Positions 23,450-36,188 of a DNA stretch of 55,380 bases are shown one piece after another (the stretch's first letter is position 1; each line of letters opens with the position of its first letter). Source of the stretch: Chiloscyllium plagiosum. Taxonomy: Eukaryota. The position numbers were made by a program, and so were the translations under genes. The notes beneath the pieces were generated by a model that was not told the origin of the DNA, searched no databases, and was given only the letters and a program-made list of their open reading frames with translations. Location: assembly GCF_004010195.1 (NCBI RefSeq), contig NC_057718.1, forward strand, positions 82,885,411 to 82,940,790, written 5' to 3'.

Positions 23450-25525
23450 CTAACACCAGAGGGAACTGAAATGGCTAAAGACTGGCTGAGGGGGTCACTG
23501 CAGAAGGCAAAGGTGGAACCTCTATAGAGAATACAGCCAGGGAAATAATAATAGGGAAATGGCAGGGAAATTGAATAAGTATTTTGTATCAAGTGTCATA
23601 GTAGTCGACACTGATAGCGGTCTGAAAATAATCAAAGGGGTAAAAGGAGGAGAATATACCCTGGGAGTCATCTTCAAGGAATCCTGGGATTATGGAAATG
23701 TCCCAGAGGATTGGAAAACTGCCAATGGAGCACCTTTACTTGAAAAGGGAAAGAGACAAAGAACAAGTATGTGTAGGCCAGTTGGCGTAACATTAGTCAT
23801 TGGGAAAAGTTACTGTTAATCATTGTTATTGTTATAAATTTAATATGATCAGGCAGAGTCAGCATGGCTTTATGAAGGCTAAACAAAGAGACCTTGGAGT
23901 GCAGATTCATAGCTCCTTGAAAGTGGAGTTGCAGGTAGATAGGATAGTGAAGAAGGCGTTTGGTATGCTTTCCTTTATTGGTCAGAGTATTGAGTACAGG
24001 AGTTGGGAGGTTATGTTGCAGCTGTACAGGACATTGGTTAGACCATTGTTGGAATATTGTGTGCAGTTCTGGTCTCCTTCCTATCGGAAATATGTTGTGA
24101 AACTTGAAAGGGTTCAGAAAAGATTTCCAAGGATGTTGCCAGGGTTGGAGGATCTGAGCTACAGGGAGAAGCTGAACAGGCTGGGGCTGTTTTCCCTGGA
24201 GCGTCGGAGGCGGAGGGGTGACCTTATAGAGGTTTACAAAATCATAAGGGGTATGGATAGGATAAATAGGCAATGTCTTTTCCTTGGGGTGGGCGAGTCC
24301 AGAACTAGAGGGGCATAGGTTTAGGGTGAGAGGGGAAAGATATAAAAGGGACCTAAGGGGCAAATGTTTCACACAGAGGGTGGTACATGTATGGAATGAG
24401 CTGCCAGAGGATGTGGTGAAGGCTGGTACAATTGCAACATTTAAATGGATGGGTATATGAATAGAAAGTGTTTGGAGGGATATGGGCCGGGTGCTGGCAA
24501 ATGGGGCTAGATTAGGTTGGGATATCTAGTTGGCATGGACGGGTTGGACCGAAGGGTCTGTTTCCATGCTGTACATCTCTATGACTCTAAAGCATGCCTG
24601 ACAAACGTACTAGAATTCTTTGAGATAAAAAGGGAAACAGTGAATGCAATATATTTGAACTTTCAGAAGACACTTGATAAGATAGCACACGCCAGGCTAC
24701 TTAAAAAGGTAAAAAGCCCATGGTGTTGCATGTAGTGTTTTGTGCATGGATAGAGGATTGCTTAATTAATAGAAGGCAAAAAACTGGGAGAAAACTTTTT
24801 CAGGTTGGCATCCTGTAACTAGTGAAATGCCACAAAGGTCTAATATTTACAATACATAAGTGACTTGGATGAGGCAAGTGAATGTACTATAATCAAGTTT
24901 GTGAATGACACAAACATAAGTGGAAGAGCAAGTGCTGAGGGAGACACAAAGAGTCTGCAGAGAGATATAGAGGGGTTGATAGAGTGGGCAAAAACTTGGC
25001 AGCTGGTATTTAATGTGAGGCCACCCACTTTGGCTGGAAGAATAGAGGAGCTGAATCTTATTTAAACGGAGAGAGACGACAGAAAGCGACAGAACAGGGA
25101 TGTTTGGGAGTCCTCATCAGAGAAGCGCAGATCCAAACTGGGCCAATGGAATGTTGGCCTTCGTTTCAAAGGGAATGGTTTGTGAAAGTACAAATATTTT
25201 CTGAAAACTAGACAAGGTGTCAGCCAGTATTTCAGCTGAATACTGTTTGGGCCCCTTTATCTCAGAAAAGATGGAGGGCATCAGGCTGATACCAGGTCTG
25301 CAGGTTGGGTCGATTGGGCTTGTACTACTTTGAATATAGAAAATGGAAAGACAAATCCTATTGAAACGTGTAAGATTCTTTGGGGACTTGACAGGGTCAA
25401 TGTAGAAAAGATGGTTTCCCTTTGTCAGACAGGCTAGGACCAGAAGGTGTAATCTCACTTTACGGGGTTATATATTTCAGACAGATATGGTGAGGAATTT
25501 CTTCTCTCAGAGGGTAGTGAATATG
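23450..25525 (+). mobile_element. Old CR1 LINE with a younger HER1-like 3' fragment nested at ~23880-24590
   Basis: VPEDWKTAN and SQHGFMK resume as ACLTNVLEFF after the nested copy's tail. Confidence 0.82.
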
Positions 25526-25529
25526 GTGA

Positions 25530-25950
25530 TAAGATTGTAAGAGTAGGCCATTCAGCCCTTTGAACCTGCTCCTCTACTCAATAGGTTCATGGCTGACCCA
25601 GTCCACCTTCCTGCTCTTTCTCCATAAATTGTGGTTTCCTTACTGATCACAAATCTACCTCAGCCTTAAATTACTCAGGGACTCTGCCCCGAAAACTCTC
25701 TGCAGCAAGTCTCACAACTCTCTGATGGAAGAAATTCCTCCATATGTCAGCATTAATTTGGCAGCCTTTATTCTGCGACGATGCCCTCTGGTCCTAGACT
25801 TTCCCATGAGGGGAAACATCCTCTTAGCATTTACCCTGTCAAACCACTCCCCCCCACCGAGAATCCTATGTGTTGCAAATGAGATCCCCTCTCAATCTTT
25901 ATAACTCCAGTGAGTAGAGTCCCAACCTGTTTAACAATTCCTGGTAAGAC
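25530..25950 (-). mobile_element. CR1 LINE 3' fragment
   Basis: Reverse complement of gggaaagtctaggaccagagggcat...gaggaatttcttc and the tail. Confidence 0.7.
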
Positions 25951-26468
25951 AATCTATATTATTACAATTCTAAAGAAGGATCACTGCACATGAAACATTA
26001 GCTCTCACCTCCTTCGACAGATGCTACCAGACTTGCTGAGTTCATCCAGCAATTCCTGCTCTTGTTTCTGATTTCCAGCATCTGCAATTCGTTCAGTTTT
26101 TCATCAATCTAACCACTTCCACTTGACACCCTTTCATCTCAGCATCACTGAATCCACTCCCATCAAAATCTTGGTGGTTACCATGAATCAGAAACAACTG
26201 TAAAATAACTGGCTACATGATTTCATCAAAGACTAGGAAATCAATGGGATGTGATTCACCACTGGACTCCGTACGCTTGCACCAGAATCTATAAGGAACA
26301 AGTCAGGAGTGTGATTTCTTTTTCATGTGCTTGGACATTTGTAGCTCCAGCATTATCCAGGACATTCCAGAACCCCTTCTACCAGAAATGTTCACTCCAA
26401 CCACCACTGCTGGCCATTGGTGTGGGTGAATGTGTGAGGGGATGAGTGTGTGAGTGGGGGAGTGGGGG

Positions 26469-26968
26469 NNNNNNNNNNNNNNNNNNNNNNNNNNNNNNNN
26501 NNNNNNNNNNNNNNNNNNNNNNNNNNNNNNNNNNNNNNNNNNNNNNNNNNNNNNNNNNNNNNNNNNNNNNNNNNNNNNNNNNNNNNNNNNNNNNNNNNNN
26601 NNNNNNNNNNNNNNNNNNNNNNNNNNNNNNNNNNNNNNNNNNNNNNNNNNNNNNNNNNNNNNNNNNNNNNNNNNNNNNNNNNNNNNNNNNNNNNNNNNNN
26701 NNNNNNNNNNNNNNNNNNNNNNNNNNNNNNNNNNNNNNNNNNNNNNNNNNNNNNNNNNNNNNNNNNNNNNNNNNNNNNNNNNNNNNNNNNNNNNNNNNNN
26801 NNNNNNNNNNNNNNNNNNNNNNNNNNNNNNNNNNNNNNNNNNNNNNNNNNNNNNNNNNNNNNNNNNNNNNNNNNNNNNNNNNNNNNNNNNNNNNNNNNNN
26901 NNNNNNNNNNNNNNNNNNNNNNNNNNNNNNNNNNNNNNNNNNNNNNNNNNNNNNNNNNNNNNNNNNNN
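26469..26968. other. Assembly gap (500 N)
   Basis: Run of N; the round length suggests a placeholder size. Confidence 0.99.
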
Positions 26969-27001
26969 AAGTTGACACTTCTGGACATTTCTAGATACTT
27001 G

Positions 27002-27217
27002 AGAAAGTGAGGTCTGCAGATGCTGGAGATCAGAGCTGAAAAATGTGTTGCTGGAAAAGCGCAGCAGATCAGGCAGCATCCAAGGAACAGGAGAATCGAC
27101 ATTTCAGGCATAAGCCCTTCTTCAGGAAACTGAAGAAGGGCTTATGCCCTGAATGTTGATTCTCCTTCTCCTTTGATGCTGCCTGACCTGCTGCGCTTTT
27201 CCAGCAACACATTTTTA
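27002..27217 (-). mobile_element. Penelope-like fold-back insert with back-to-back hammerhead cores
   Basis: 15-bp TSD atttctagatacttg (26987-27001 / 27218-27232). Minus-strand CUGAAGA-A-GGGC-uuau-GCCU-GAAA-UGUC (27125-27098); the plus-strand copy from 27130 is degenerate. Confidence 0.82.
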
Positions 27218-28109
27218 ATTTCTAGATACTTGCTGACAAATTGGACTGGATCAAGGGCTCCGTGCTCCTTTTGCACACTGTCCTCCCCACAGTTAACAGA
27301 CTCAACAAACACCTGCCCCCAATGCCCTCCAGCAACACAAAGGATCACTGACTCCCATACTCAAAATATCCAAGGAATAATTCCACAGGGGACCGCAGCT
27401 TTGCAGGTGGGTACTGCTGTTACCCAATAGGAATCCACTGAGGAACAGACATCTTTACCTGCTCTACATACCCCAGAGATCCCAAAATCCTGACCTTCGA
27501 ACTCAGGGAACTGCGTGTGCATGAACAACTGAAGGTCTCAATGTGAACCCCATTAAAAAGATAGGATTTAAAGACAGGACTTTAGATTCCTGACTTTATT
27601 CAGCAATTATTCCTACAATGAAAATGCTCTCTGTCATGGTGAGAATCAAAGCCTCAGTTATGGATTGCACATAAAAATCTTCATCACCAGCCACTCAAGT
27701 TGTAAAATGGGTGACTCCATTTGAATTTACTGCACTATTTTAATAACAACTTGCATATATATCGTACATTTAAATAGTAAAACATTCCAAGGCATTGACC
27801 ACCAAACAAGACTATGAATGAGTCACTTGGCCTTTAGGGGTTGTTGTGTGGGGGACACAAATTAATTTGCGAGTCATATTTCCACTTAAACAGAAATTGC
27901 TGGAAAATCTCAGCAGGTCTGGCAGTGTCTGTGGAGAGAGGTCAGAGTGAACGGTTCGGGTTGAATGATCCCTACTCAGAATTTGACCCCCCCCCCGCAA
28001 ATGAGCAACTAATTCATATCCCCAATTTTAACATTGGGTAAGGGTGCAAAATCGGGGATGTGAATCAGTTGTTCATTTTACACCCTGCTCAATTTCCCTG
28101 CAATATGTA

Positions 28110-29019
28110 TGTGATGATGCTGCCCCTTTAACAAGGTTATTCTGTCCTTGTTTCTTTTGCAAGTGGGGTTGTAAAGGCAGAGGTGCCGATATGTCTCGGG
28201 AAGAGCTTACTATAAACAATGGCAGGGAATGACCAGTTCCCCCAGTTCAGGTTTTTAGATTACTTAAAATGTGGAAACAGGCCCTTCGGCCCAACAAGTC
28301 CACACCGACCCGCCGAAGCGCAACCCACCCATACCCCTACATTTATCCCTTACCTAACACTACGGACAACTTAGCATGGCCAATTCACCTGACCTGCACA
28401 TCTTCGGACTGTGGGAGGAAACCAGAGCACCCGGAGGAAACCCACGCAGACACGGGGAAACTCCACACAGTCAGTTGCCTGAGGCGGGAATTGAACCCGG
28501 GTCTCTGGCGCTGTGAGGCAGCAGTGCTAACCACTGTGCCACCGTGCCGCCCACATTGTTTAAAGTTTTTTTTTTAGCAGGGTGTCAGAAAAACTGCTGG
28601 GGTCCTGGAGAAGCAGTTACCGTGAAATGAGGTCCCATGTTTCAGCAGAGGTCTTAGCTGAACTTTCTCTCTGAAATCTCTCCTGCCTGTAAGAGCCTGT
28701 GTTTGAATTTACCTTTTGCCAAGGGGTGTGTTTATGGGCTGTTGCAGGGTTTGGAGCAGCTTCGTTAAGTTGCAATATCGTGCCAGCTGGGTTTTCAAAT
28801 AAGTTAAATTAGTCTAAATTCTGCTTTCTTTTGCTCGTGTTTCACTCACAGTATTTGTATAAATGCTGTTTTGTTTAAAACTGAGTGGTTTGACCAACTG
28901 CATCACTCCTGGAATATCCATGATACATCTGCCTTTACAGAAAATAAAAAAGCATTAGGGTCTGGGCTACTTTTCTGAAAATGTTTTAAGCGGGGTCTGG
29001 CCTGGCCTGGCCCATAACT
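28110..29019 (+). repeat. 5' LTR (contains an HE1 SINE at 28255-28554, minus strand)
   Basis: Starts tgtgatgatgctgcc and is colinear with 39673-40272. Confidence 0.88.
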
Positions 29020-29521
29020 GACTCAGGCACTTTTGGCAGTATTTGTTCTATAGTGCCAATTTGGGATCAGGGTTGTTGGGTTTAAAGGCAGTAACTGATA
29101 GATGTTAGTGTATTTTGTTCCAGGTGTTGAATTCGGTTGGTTTAAATTGTGCTTGGTGTAATAATGGCCCTTTCAGTCACGAGGAGTTTTCTGGGGCTGG
29201 AAGAAGTGACTTCGGGGGCTTTACAAAAGGTGAGCAAGGCAAAGCTGCTGGAGTTGGCAGACAAGCTGGACCTGGAGCTGCCTTCACCTGTGGGAAAGGG
29301 AGAGATAGTTACAGCAATAACTCAGCTGGAAATGCTATCCAAATTTCTGGGAATAGCTAAAATTCCATTGAAAATGAAACAGCTTGAGTTCGAGGCAAAA
29401 GAAAAAGAAAGAGAGAAAGAAATGAAACAGTTTGAAGTACTATTAAAAGCAGAATAAAAAGAATAGGAGGAAGAAGAAAGGGGAGAAGAGAGAGAGGAAA
29501 CCAGCCACAGTGAAAAAAGAT

Positions 29522-32500
29522 TCTTTACTTTCGTCATGGAGAGGGATAGGAGCAGATGGTATGGGAAAAAATTTAATTGGGGGAGGGGGAATTACAATGC
29601 AATTAGGCAGGAACTGGGGCACCTAAATTGGGAACAGATGTTCTCAGGGAAATGCACAGCAGATATGTGGAGGGTGTTTCGGAAGCACTCGCTGATAGTG
29701 CTGGACAGGTTTGTCCCACTGAAGCAAGGAAGGGATGGTTGGTCAAAGGGTGACAAGGGATGTGAAACGTCCGGTCAAGAGGAAGAAGGAAGCTTACTTA
29801 AGGTTGAGGAGGCAAGGATCAGACAGGGCTTTAGAGGGTTACAAGGTAGCTAGGAAGGAACTGAAGAATGGACTTAGGAAAGCCAGAAGAGGGACATGAG
29901 CAAGCTTTCGTGGGTAAAGTTAAGGAAAACACTAAGGTGTTCTACACTTACGTGAGGAACAAGAGGATGGCCAGAGTGTGGGTAGAACAGGTCAGGGATA
30001 ATGGAGGGAACTTGCGCCTGGAGTCGGAGGAAGTAGGGGAGGTCCTTGATAAATACTTTGCTTCAGTATTCGCTACTGAGAGGAACCTTGACGTTTCTGA
30101 AGACAGTGTGAAGCAGGCTGATATGTTAGAACAGGTTGATGTTACGAAGGAGGATGTGCTGAAAATTTTGAAAACCATTAGGATAGATAAATCCCCTGGA
30201 CCAGAGAGGATATTCCCTAGGTTACTAAAGGAAGTGAGGGAAGAGATTGGTGCGCCTTTGGCAATGATCTTTGTATCCTCACTGTCGGCTGGAGTAGTGC
30301 CAGATGATTGGAGGGTGGCAAATGTTATTCCCTTGTTCAAGAAAGAGAACATGGATAATTCTAGAGATTACAAACCAGGCAGTCTTATGTCAGTGGTGGG
30401 CAAAGCAATAGGCAGCATTCTGAGAGACAGGATTTATGATTACTTGGAAAACCATAGTTTGATTAGAGATAGTCAGCATAGCTTTGTGAGGGGCAGGTCA
30501 TGCCTCACAAACTTTATTGAATTCTTTGAGAATGTGACAAAAACACGTTGATGAAGGTAGAGCAGTGGCTGTGGTGTACATGGATTTTAGCAAGTCATTT
30601 GATAAGGTTCCCCATGGTAGACTCATTCAGAAAACGAAGAGGCATGGGATACAGGGAAATCTGGCTGCCTGAATGCAGAATTGGCTGGCCCTTAGAAGAC
30701 AGAGAGTGATGGTAGATGGAAAGTCTTCAATCTGGAGCTTGGTGATTAGTGGTGTCCCACAGGGATCGATTCTCAGATCTCTGCTCTTTGTGATTTTTGT
30801 AAATGACCTGGATGAGGAAGTGGAAGGGTGGGTTAGTAAGTTTGCCAATGACATGAAGGTTGGTGGAGTTGTGGATGGTGTGGAGGGCTGTTGTAGGTTG
30901 CAATGGGACATTGACAGGATGTAGAACTGGGCTGATAAGTGACAGATGAAGTTCAACCTGGAGAAGTGTGAAGTCATTCACTTTGGAAGGTCAAATTTGA
31001 ATACAGAATATAGGGTTAAAGGCAGGATTCTTGGTAGTGTGGAGGAACAGAGGGATCTTGGGATCCATGTCCATAGATCACTCAAAGTTGCCACCCAGGT
31101 TGATAGGGTTGTTAAGAAGGCATATGGTGTGTTGGCTTTCATTAGCAGAGGGATTGAGGTTATGCTGCAGCTCTGTACAGTACTGGTTAGACCACACTTA
31201 GAATACTGTGTTTACTTCTGGTCGCCTCATTATAAGAAAGATGTGGAAACTTTAGAAAGGGTGCAGAGGAGATTTACCAGATTGCTGCCTGGACTGGAGG
31301 GTATGTCTTATGAAGAAAGGTTGAGGGAGCTCGGGGTTTTTTGTCACTGGAGTGAAGAAGGATGCAAACTGACTTGATAGAGGTGTACAAGATGTTCAGA
31401 GGCATAGACAGAGTAGACAGACAGAGACTTTTTCCCGGGGTGGAAATGTCTATGACAAGAGGGCATAATTTTAAGGTAATTGGATGAAGGTTTAGGGGAA
31501 ATGTCAGAGGTAGGTTCTTTACTCAGAGAATGGTGGGTGTGTGGAATGCCCTGCCAGCAGTGGCAGTGGAGTCAGATACATTAGGGACAATTAAGCCAAG
31601 ATGGAGAATGTGAAAAATTTGTGGCTGTAAGAGCTGCACCTTTTTTGAGGTATTTTAAATGTTGCAGGTGATTTCCTCGAATTCCAGGAGTAGCAATTAC
31701 TGTTTTATCTGCAGTTGCAGTGTTTTGGAACTTTAGGGAGAAAAGAGCTAAAGAGTGGCACCCTTAAAAGGTGGAAGACAGACAAAAGGTAGCAATCACA
31801 TGGTCAGTGAGAGAGGGAGAGAAACAAACCCACACTGTTAACTGACACAGCAGTGAACCTGCACAGTTACTGCCTTTGCTGTTTGAGTTCATGTATCTCT
31901 GGACGTTGGAGGGTGTCTCGGAAAAATTCACAAACAGTGGAATTCACGACTAACCTTGGAGGAACCTGTGTGGAACAGTTCACAGTTCCAGTTCACAGGA
32001 ACAGATAAGTGCATAGTTTTTAATGTGTAACCTTGCTGTAAGGCTGCAATAGTGAGTAGAGTGGGTTTTTTCTTGATTATATGCTTTATTTGGATTGGTC
32101 CCTCGATTAAATTTTAAAAATATAAACCATGAGTACTAAGTTAGCCGAGAGCACAGTGTTTTAGAGCAAAAAAAGTGCTATTTTCTGAGTCTCTAGATTG
32201 TGAAGAAGCAAAGATGGCCTTTAGTAGAGTGATATTGTTTTCTCACTGGGTGTGGGGGTTTAGGGACAGTTTCCGTGTCACTGATGATTATGTCTGCCAA
32301 AGTGTCTTTGGTTGCGAATCCTCTCAAATCGCATGGAGCGGTTGGAGTGGAAGTTAGAGGCAATGAGGAATTTACAGGAGCTAGGGGGTGTAGTGGATTG
32401 CAGTTATAGGAAGGGTGAAAAGTCGCAGATACAGTCAGGTAGATGGATTAACTCCAGGAAAGGTGGATAGGTAGTGCAGGAGTCTTCTGTGGCGATCCCC

Positions 32501-35500
32501 ATCTCAAACAAGTATGCTGTTTTGGAAAATGTGGTGGACTCTCAGGAGAATGTAGCACAAAAAGCCATGTTTCGAGTATCAAGACTGGCTCTAATGTAAT
32601 GAGGGGTATGTCGGGTTCCCAGCAATCAATTGTGTTAGGGGATTCTCTAGTCAGGAGCACAGACAGACGTTTCTGCAGCTGGCAGAGAGAAATCAGAATG
32701 GTGTGTTGTCTCCCTGGTGCCAGGATCAAGAATATCTTGGAGAGAGTGAAGAATATTCCCAAAGGAGAGACAGAACAGCAGAAGGTCATTGTTTACAATA
32801 GAACTAACGATATGGGAAAGGAAAAGGATGAGATTTGGATGGGAGAATTTAAAAAGGATGTCTTTGAGGGGAGTAATATCTGGATTACTCCCGGTGCTAC
32901 AAGCTAGTGAGGGCAGGAATAGGAGGATAGAGCAGATGGACGCATGGCTGAGGAGCTGGTGTATGGGAGAAGGATTCACATTTTTGGATCATTAGAATCT
33001 CTTCTGGGGTAGAAGTGACCTGTATAAAAAGGTTGGATTGCACCTGAATTGGAAGGGGACTAATATACTGGCAGGGAGATTTGTTAGAGCTGCTCGGAAA
33101 GATTTAAACTAGTAAGGTGAGGGGGTGGGACCCCGGGAGTCAGTGAGGAAAGTTCAATCTGAGACTGGTGCAATTGAGAAAGGGCGTGAGTCAATCAGTC
33201 AGGGCAGGCAGGGACAAAGCAGAGAACAAGGCAGGTCTGATAAATTAAACTGCATTTATTTCAATGCAAGGGGCCTAACAGGGAAGGCAGATGAGCTCAG
33301 GGCATGGTTAGGAGCATGGGACTGGAATATCATAGCAATTACAGAAGCATGGCAGCTATAGGAAGGACAGGAAGGGGGTCAAGAGAGGAGGGGGAGTGGC
33401 ATTTTTTGATAAGGGATAGCATTACTGCTGTACTTCGGGAGGATATTATTGGAAATACATCCAGGGAAGTTATTTGGGTGGAATTGAGAAATAAGAAAGG
33501 GATGATAACCTTATTGGGATTGTATTATAGATTCCCTAATAGTCAGAGGGAAATTGAGAAACAAACTTGTAAGGAGATCTAAGAATAATAGGGTGGTTAT
33601 GGTAGGGGGCTTTAACTTTCCAAATATAGACTGTGACTGCCATAGTGTTAAGGGTTTAGATGGAGGGGAGTGTGTACAAGAAAACTTTCCGTTTCAGTAT
33701 GTGGATGTATATAGTAGAGAAGGTGCAAAACTTGACCTACTCTTGGGAAATAAGGCAGGGCAGGTGACTGAGGTGTCATGAGGGAAGCACTTTGGGTCCA
33801 GTGACCACAATTGAATTAGTTGGAAAAGGATAGACCAGATCTAAAAGTTGAAGTTCTAAATTGGAGGAAGGCCAATTTTGACGGTATTCGGCAAGAACTT
33901 GCAAAAGCTGATTGGGGCAAATGTTCGTAGGTAAAGGGACGGCTGGAAAATGGGAAGCCTTCAGAAATGAAATGACGAGAATCCAGAGATAGTGTATTCC
34001 TGTTAGAGTGAAAGGAAAAGCTGGTAGGTGTAGGGAATGTGGGATGATTAGAGGAATTGAGGGTTTGGTTAAGAAAAAGAAGGAAGCATATGTCAGGTAT
34101 AGACAGGAGAGATGGAGTCAATCCTGAGAAAAGTATAACGGCAGGAGGAATATACTTAAGAGGAAAATCAGGAGCACAAAAAGTGGACATGAGATAACTT
34201 TTGCAAATAGGGTTAAGGGGAATCCAAAGGGATTTTATAAACACATTTGGGACAAAAGGGTATCTAGGGATAGAATATCCCCTCAAATATCAGCAAGGCA
34301 GCCTATGTGTGAAGCCATAGGAGATGGGGGAGATACTAAACGAGTATTTTGCATCAGTGTTTACTGTGGAGAAGGACATGGAAGGTATAGGATGTAGGGA
34401 AATAGATGGTGACATCTTGAAAAATGTCCATATTATACAGGGGGTGGTGCTGGATGTCTTGAAACACATTGTAGTGGATAAATCCCCAGGACCTGATCAG
34501 GTGTACCCTAGAACTCTGTAGGAAGTTAGAGAAGTGATTGCTGGGCCTCTTACTGAGATATTTGTAAAATCGATAGTCACAGGTGAGGTGCCGGAAGACT
34601 GGAGGCTGGCTAACATGGTGCCGCTGTTTAAGAGGGGTGGTAAAGACAAGCCAGGGAACTATAGACGGGTGAGCCTGACCTCGGTGGTGGGCAAGTTGTT
34701 GGAGGGAATCCTGAGGGACAGGATTTACATGTATTTGGAAAGACAAGGACTGATTAGGGATAGTCAGCATGCCCTTGTGCATTGGAAATCATGTCTCACA
34801 AACTTGATTGAGTCTTTTGAAGAAGTAATGAAGAGGATGATGACAGCAGAGTGGTGGATGTGATCTTTATGGACTTCAAGTAAGGCATTTGACAAGGTTC
34901 CCCATGAGAGACTGATTAGCAAGCTTAGATCTTTTGGAATACAGGTAGAACTAGCCATTTGGATACAGAACTGGCTCGAAGATAGGAAACAGAGGGCGGT
35001 GGTGGAGGGTTGTTTTTCAGGCTGGAGGCCTCTGACCAGTGGAGTGCCACAAGGATCGGTGCTGGGTCCTCTACTTTTTGTCATTTACATAAATGATTTG
35101 GATGCAAGCATAAGAGGTACAGTTAGTAAGTTTGCAGATAACACCAAGTTGGAGGTGTAGTGGACAGCGAAGAGGGTTACCTCAGATTACAATGGCATCT
35201 TGACCAGATGGGCCAATGGGCTTAGGAGTGGCAGATGGAGTTTAATTCAGATAAATGCGAGGTGCTGCATTTTGGGAAAGCAAATCTTAGCAGGACTTAT
35301 ACACTTAATGGTAAGGTCCAAGGGAGTGTTGCTGAACAAAGAGACCTTGGAGTGCAGGTTCATAGCTCCTTGAAAGTGGAGTCGCAGGTAGATAGGATAG
35401 TGAAGAAGGCATTTGGTATGCTTTCCTTTATTGGTCAGAGTATTGAGTACAGAAGTTGGGAGGTCATGTTGCAGTTGTACAGGACATTGGTTAGGCTACT

Positions 35501-36188
35501 GTTGGAAGTTTGTATGCAATTCTGGTCTCCTTCCTATCGGAAAGATGTTGTGAAACTTGAGAGGGTTCAGAAAAGATTTACAAGGATGTTGCCAGGGTTG
35601 GAGGATTTGAGATACAGGGAGAGGCTGAACAGGCTGGGACTGTTTTCCTTGGACCGTCGGAGGTTGAGAGGTAACCTAATAGAAGTTTATAAAATCATGA
35701 GGGGCATGGATAGGATAAATAGACAAAGTCTTTTCCCTGGGGTGGGGGAGTCCAAAGCTAGAGGGCATAGGTTTAGGGTGAGAGGGACAAAATTTAAAAG
35801 GGACCTAAGGGGCAACTTTTTCACACAGAGGGTGGTGCGTGTATGGAATAGCTGCCAGAGGAAGTGCTGGAGACTTGTACAATTGTAACATTTAAAAGGC
35901 ATTTGGATGGGTATACGAATAGAAAGGGTTTGGAGGGATATGCGCCAAGTGCTGGAAAATGGGACTAGATTAAGTTAGGATATCTAGTTGGCATGGACGA
36001 GCTGGACCAAAGGTTCTGTTTCCATGTTGCACATCTCTATGACTCTGTGACTCTATGACTCTTGGATATATGATGAAAGTTATATAAGTTAGCTGAATCT
36101 TAGAGTATATAAAAGATGGCACAACATTGAAGGCTGAAGGGCCCATGCTGTGCTATACTGTTCCATGTCCTATGCTGTATGTTCTATG
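29522..36188 (+). mobile_element. 5'-truncated CR1 LINE inserted in gag (29522-31597, resumes ~36058-36188)
   Basis: KSPGPE.IFPRLL, SGVPQGS, SKFAND motifs; ends in a ttc(c/t)atg-type tail before gag resumes. Confidence 0.88.
31598..36062 (+). mobile_element. Near full-length CR1 (HER1-like) LINE, decayed ORF1 and ORF2
   Basis: 5' UTR; ORF1 from ~32213 with the SGNH esterase motif IVLGDSLVR..CLPGA; endonuclease CIYFNARGL..IAITEAW; RT; (CTATGACT)n tail. Multiple stops. Confidence 0.9.

Noticed and set aside
26303..27111. Long ORFs spanning the N-run
   Set aside because: Artefacts of translating the assembly gap.
27459..27528. Possible ~70-nt AG...GT exon on the minus strand
   Set aside because: No SLC22 similarity and no support beyond the splice dinucleotides.
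29868..35888. Long RT-like ORFs (227 aa, 217 aa) as host genes
   Set aside because: Fragments of CR1 ORF2 broken by stops and frameshifts.
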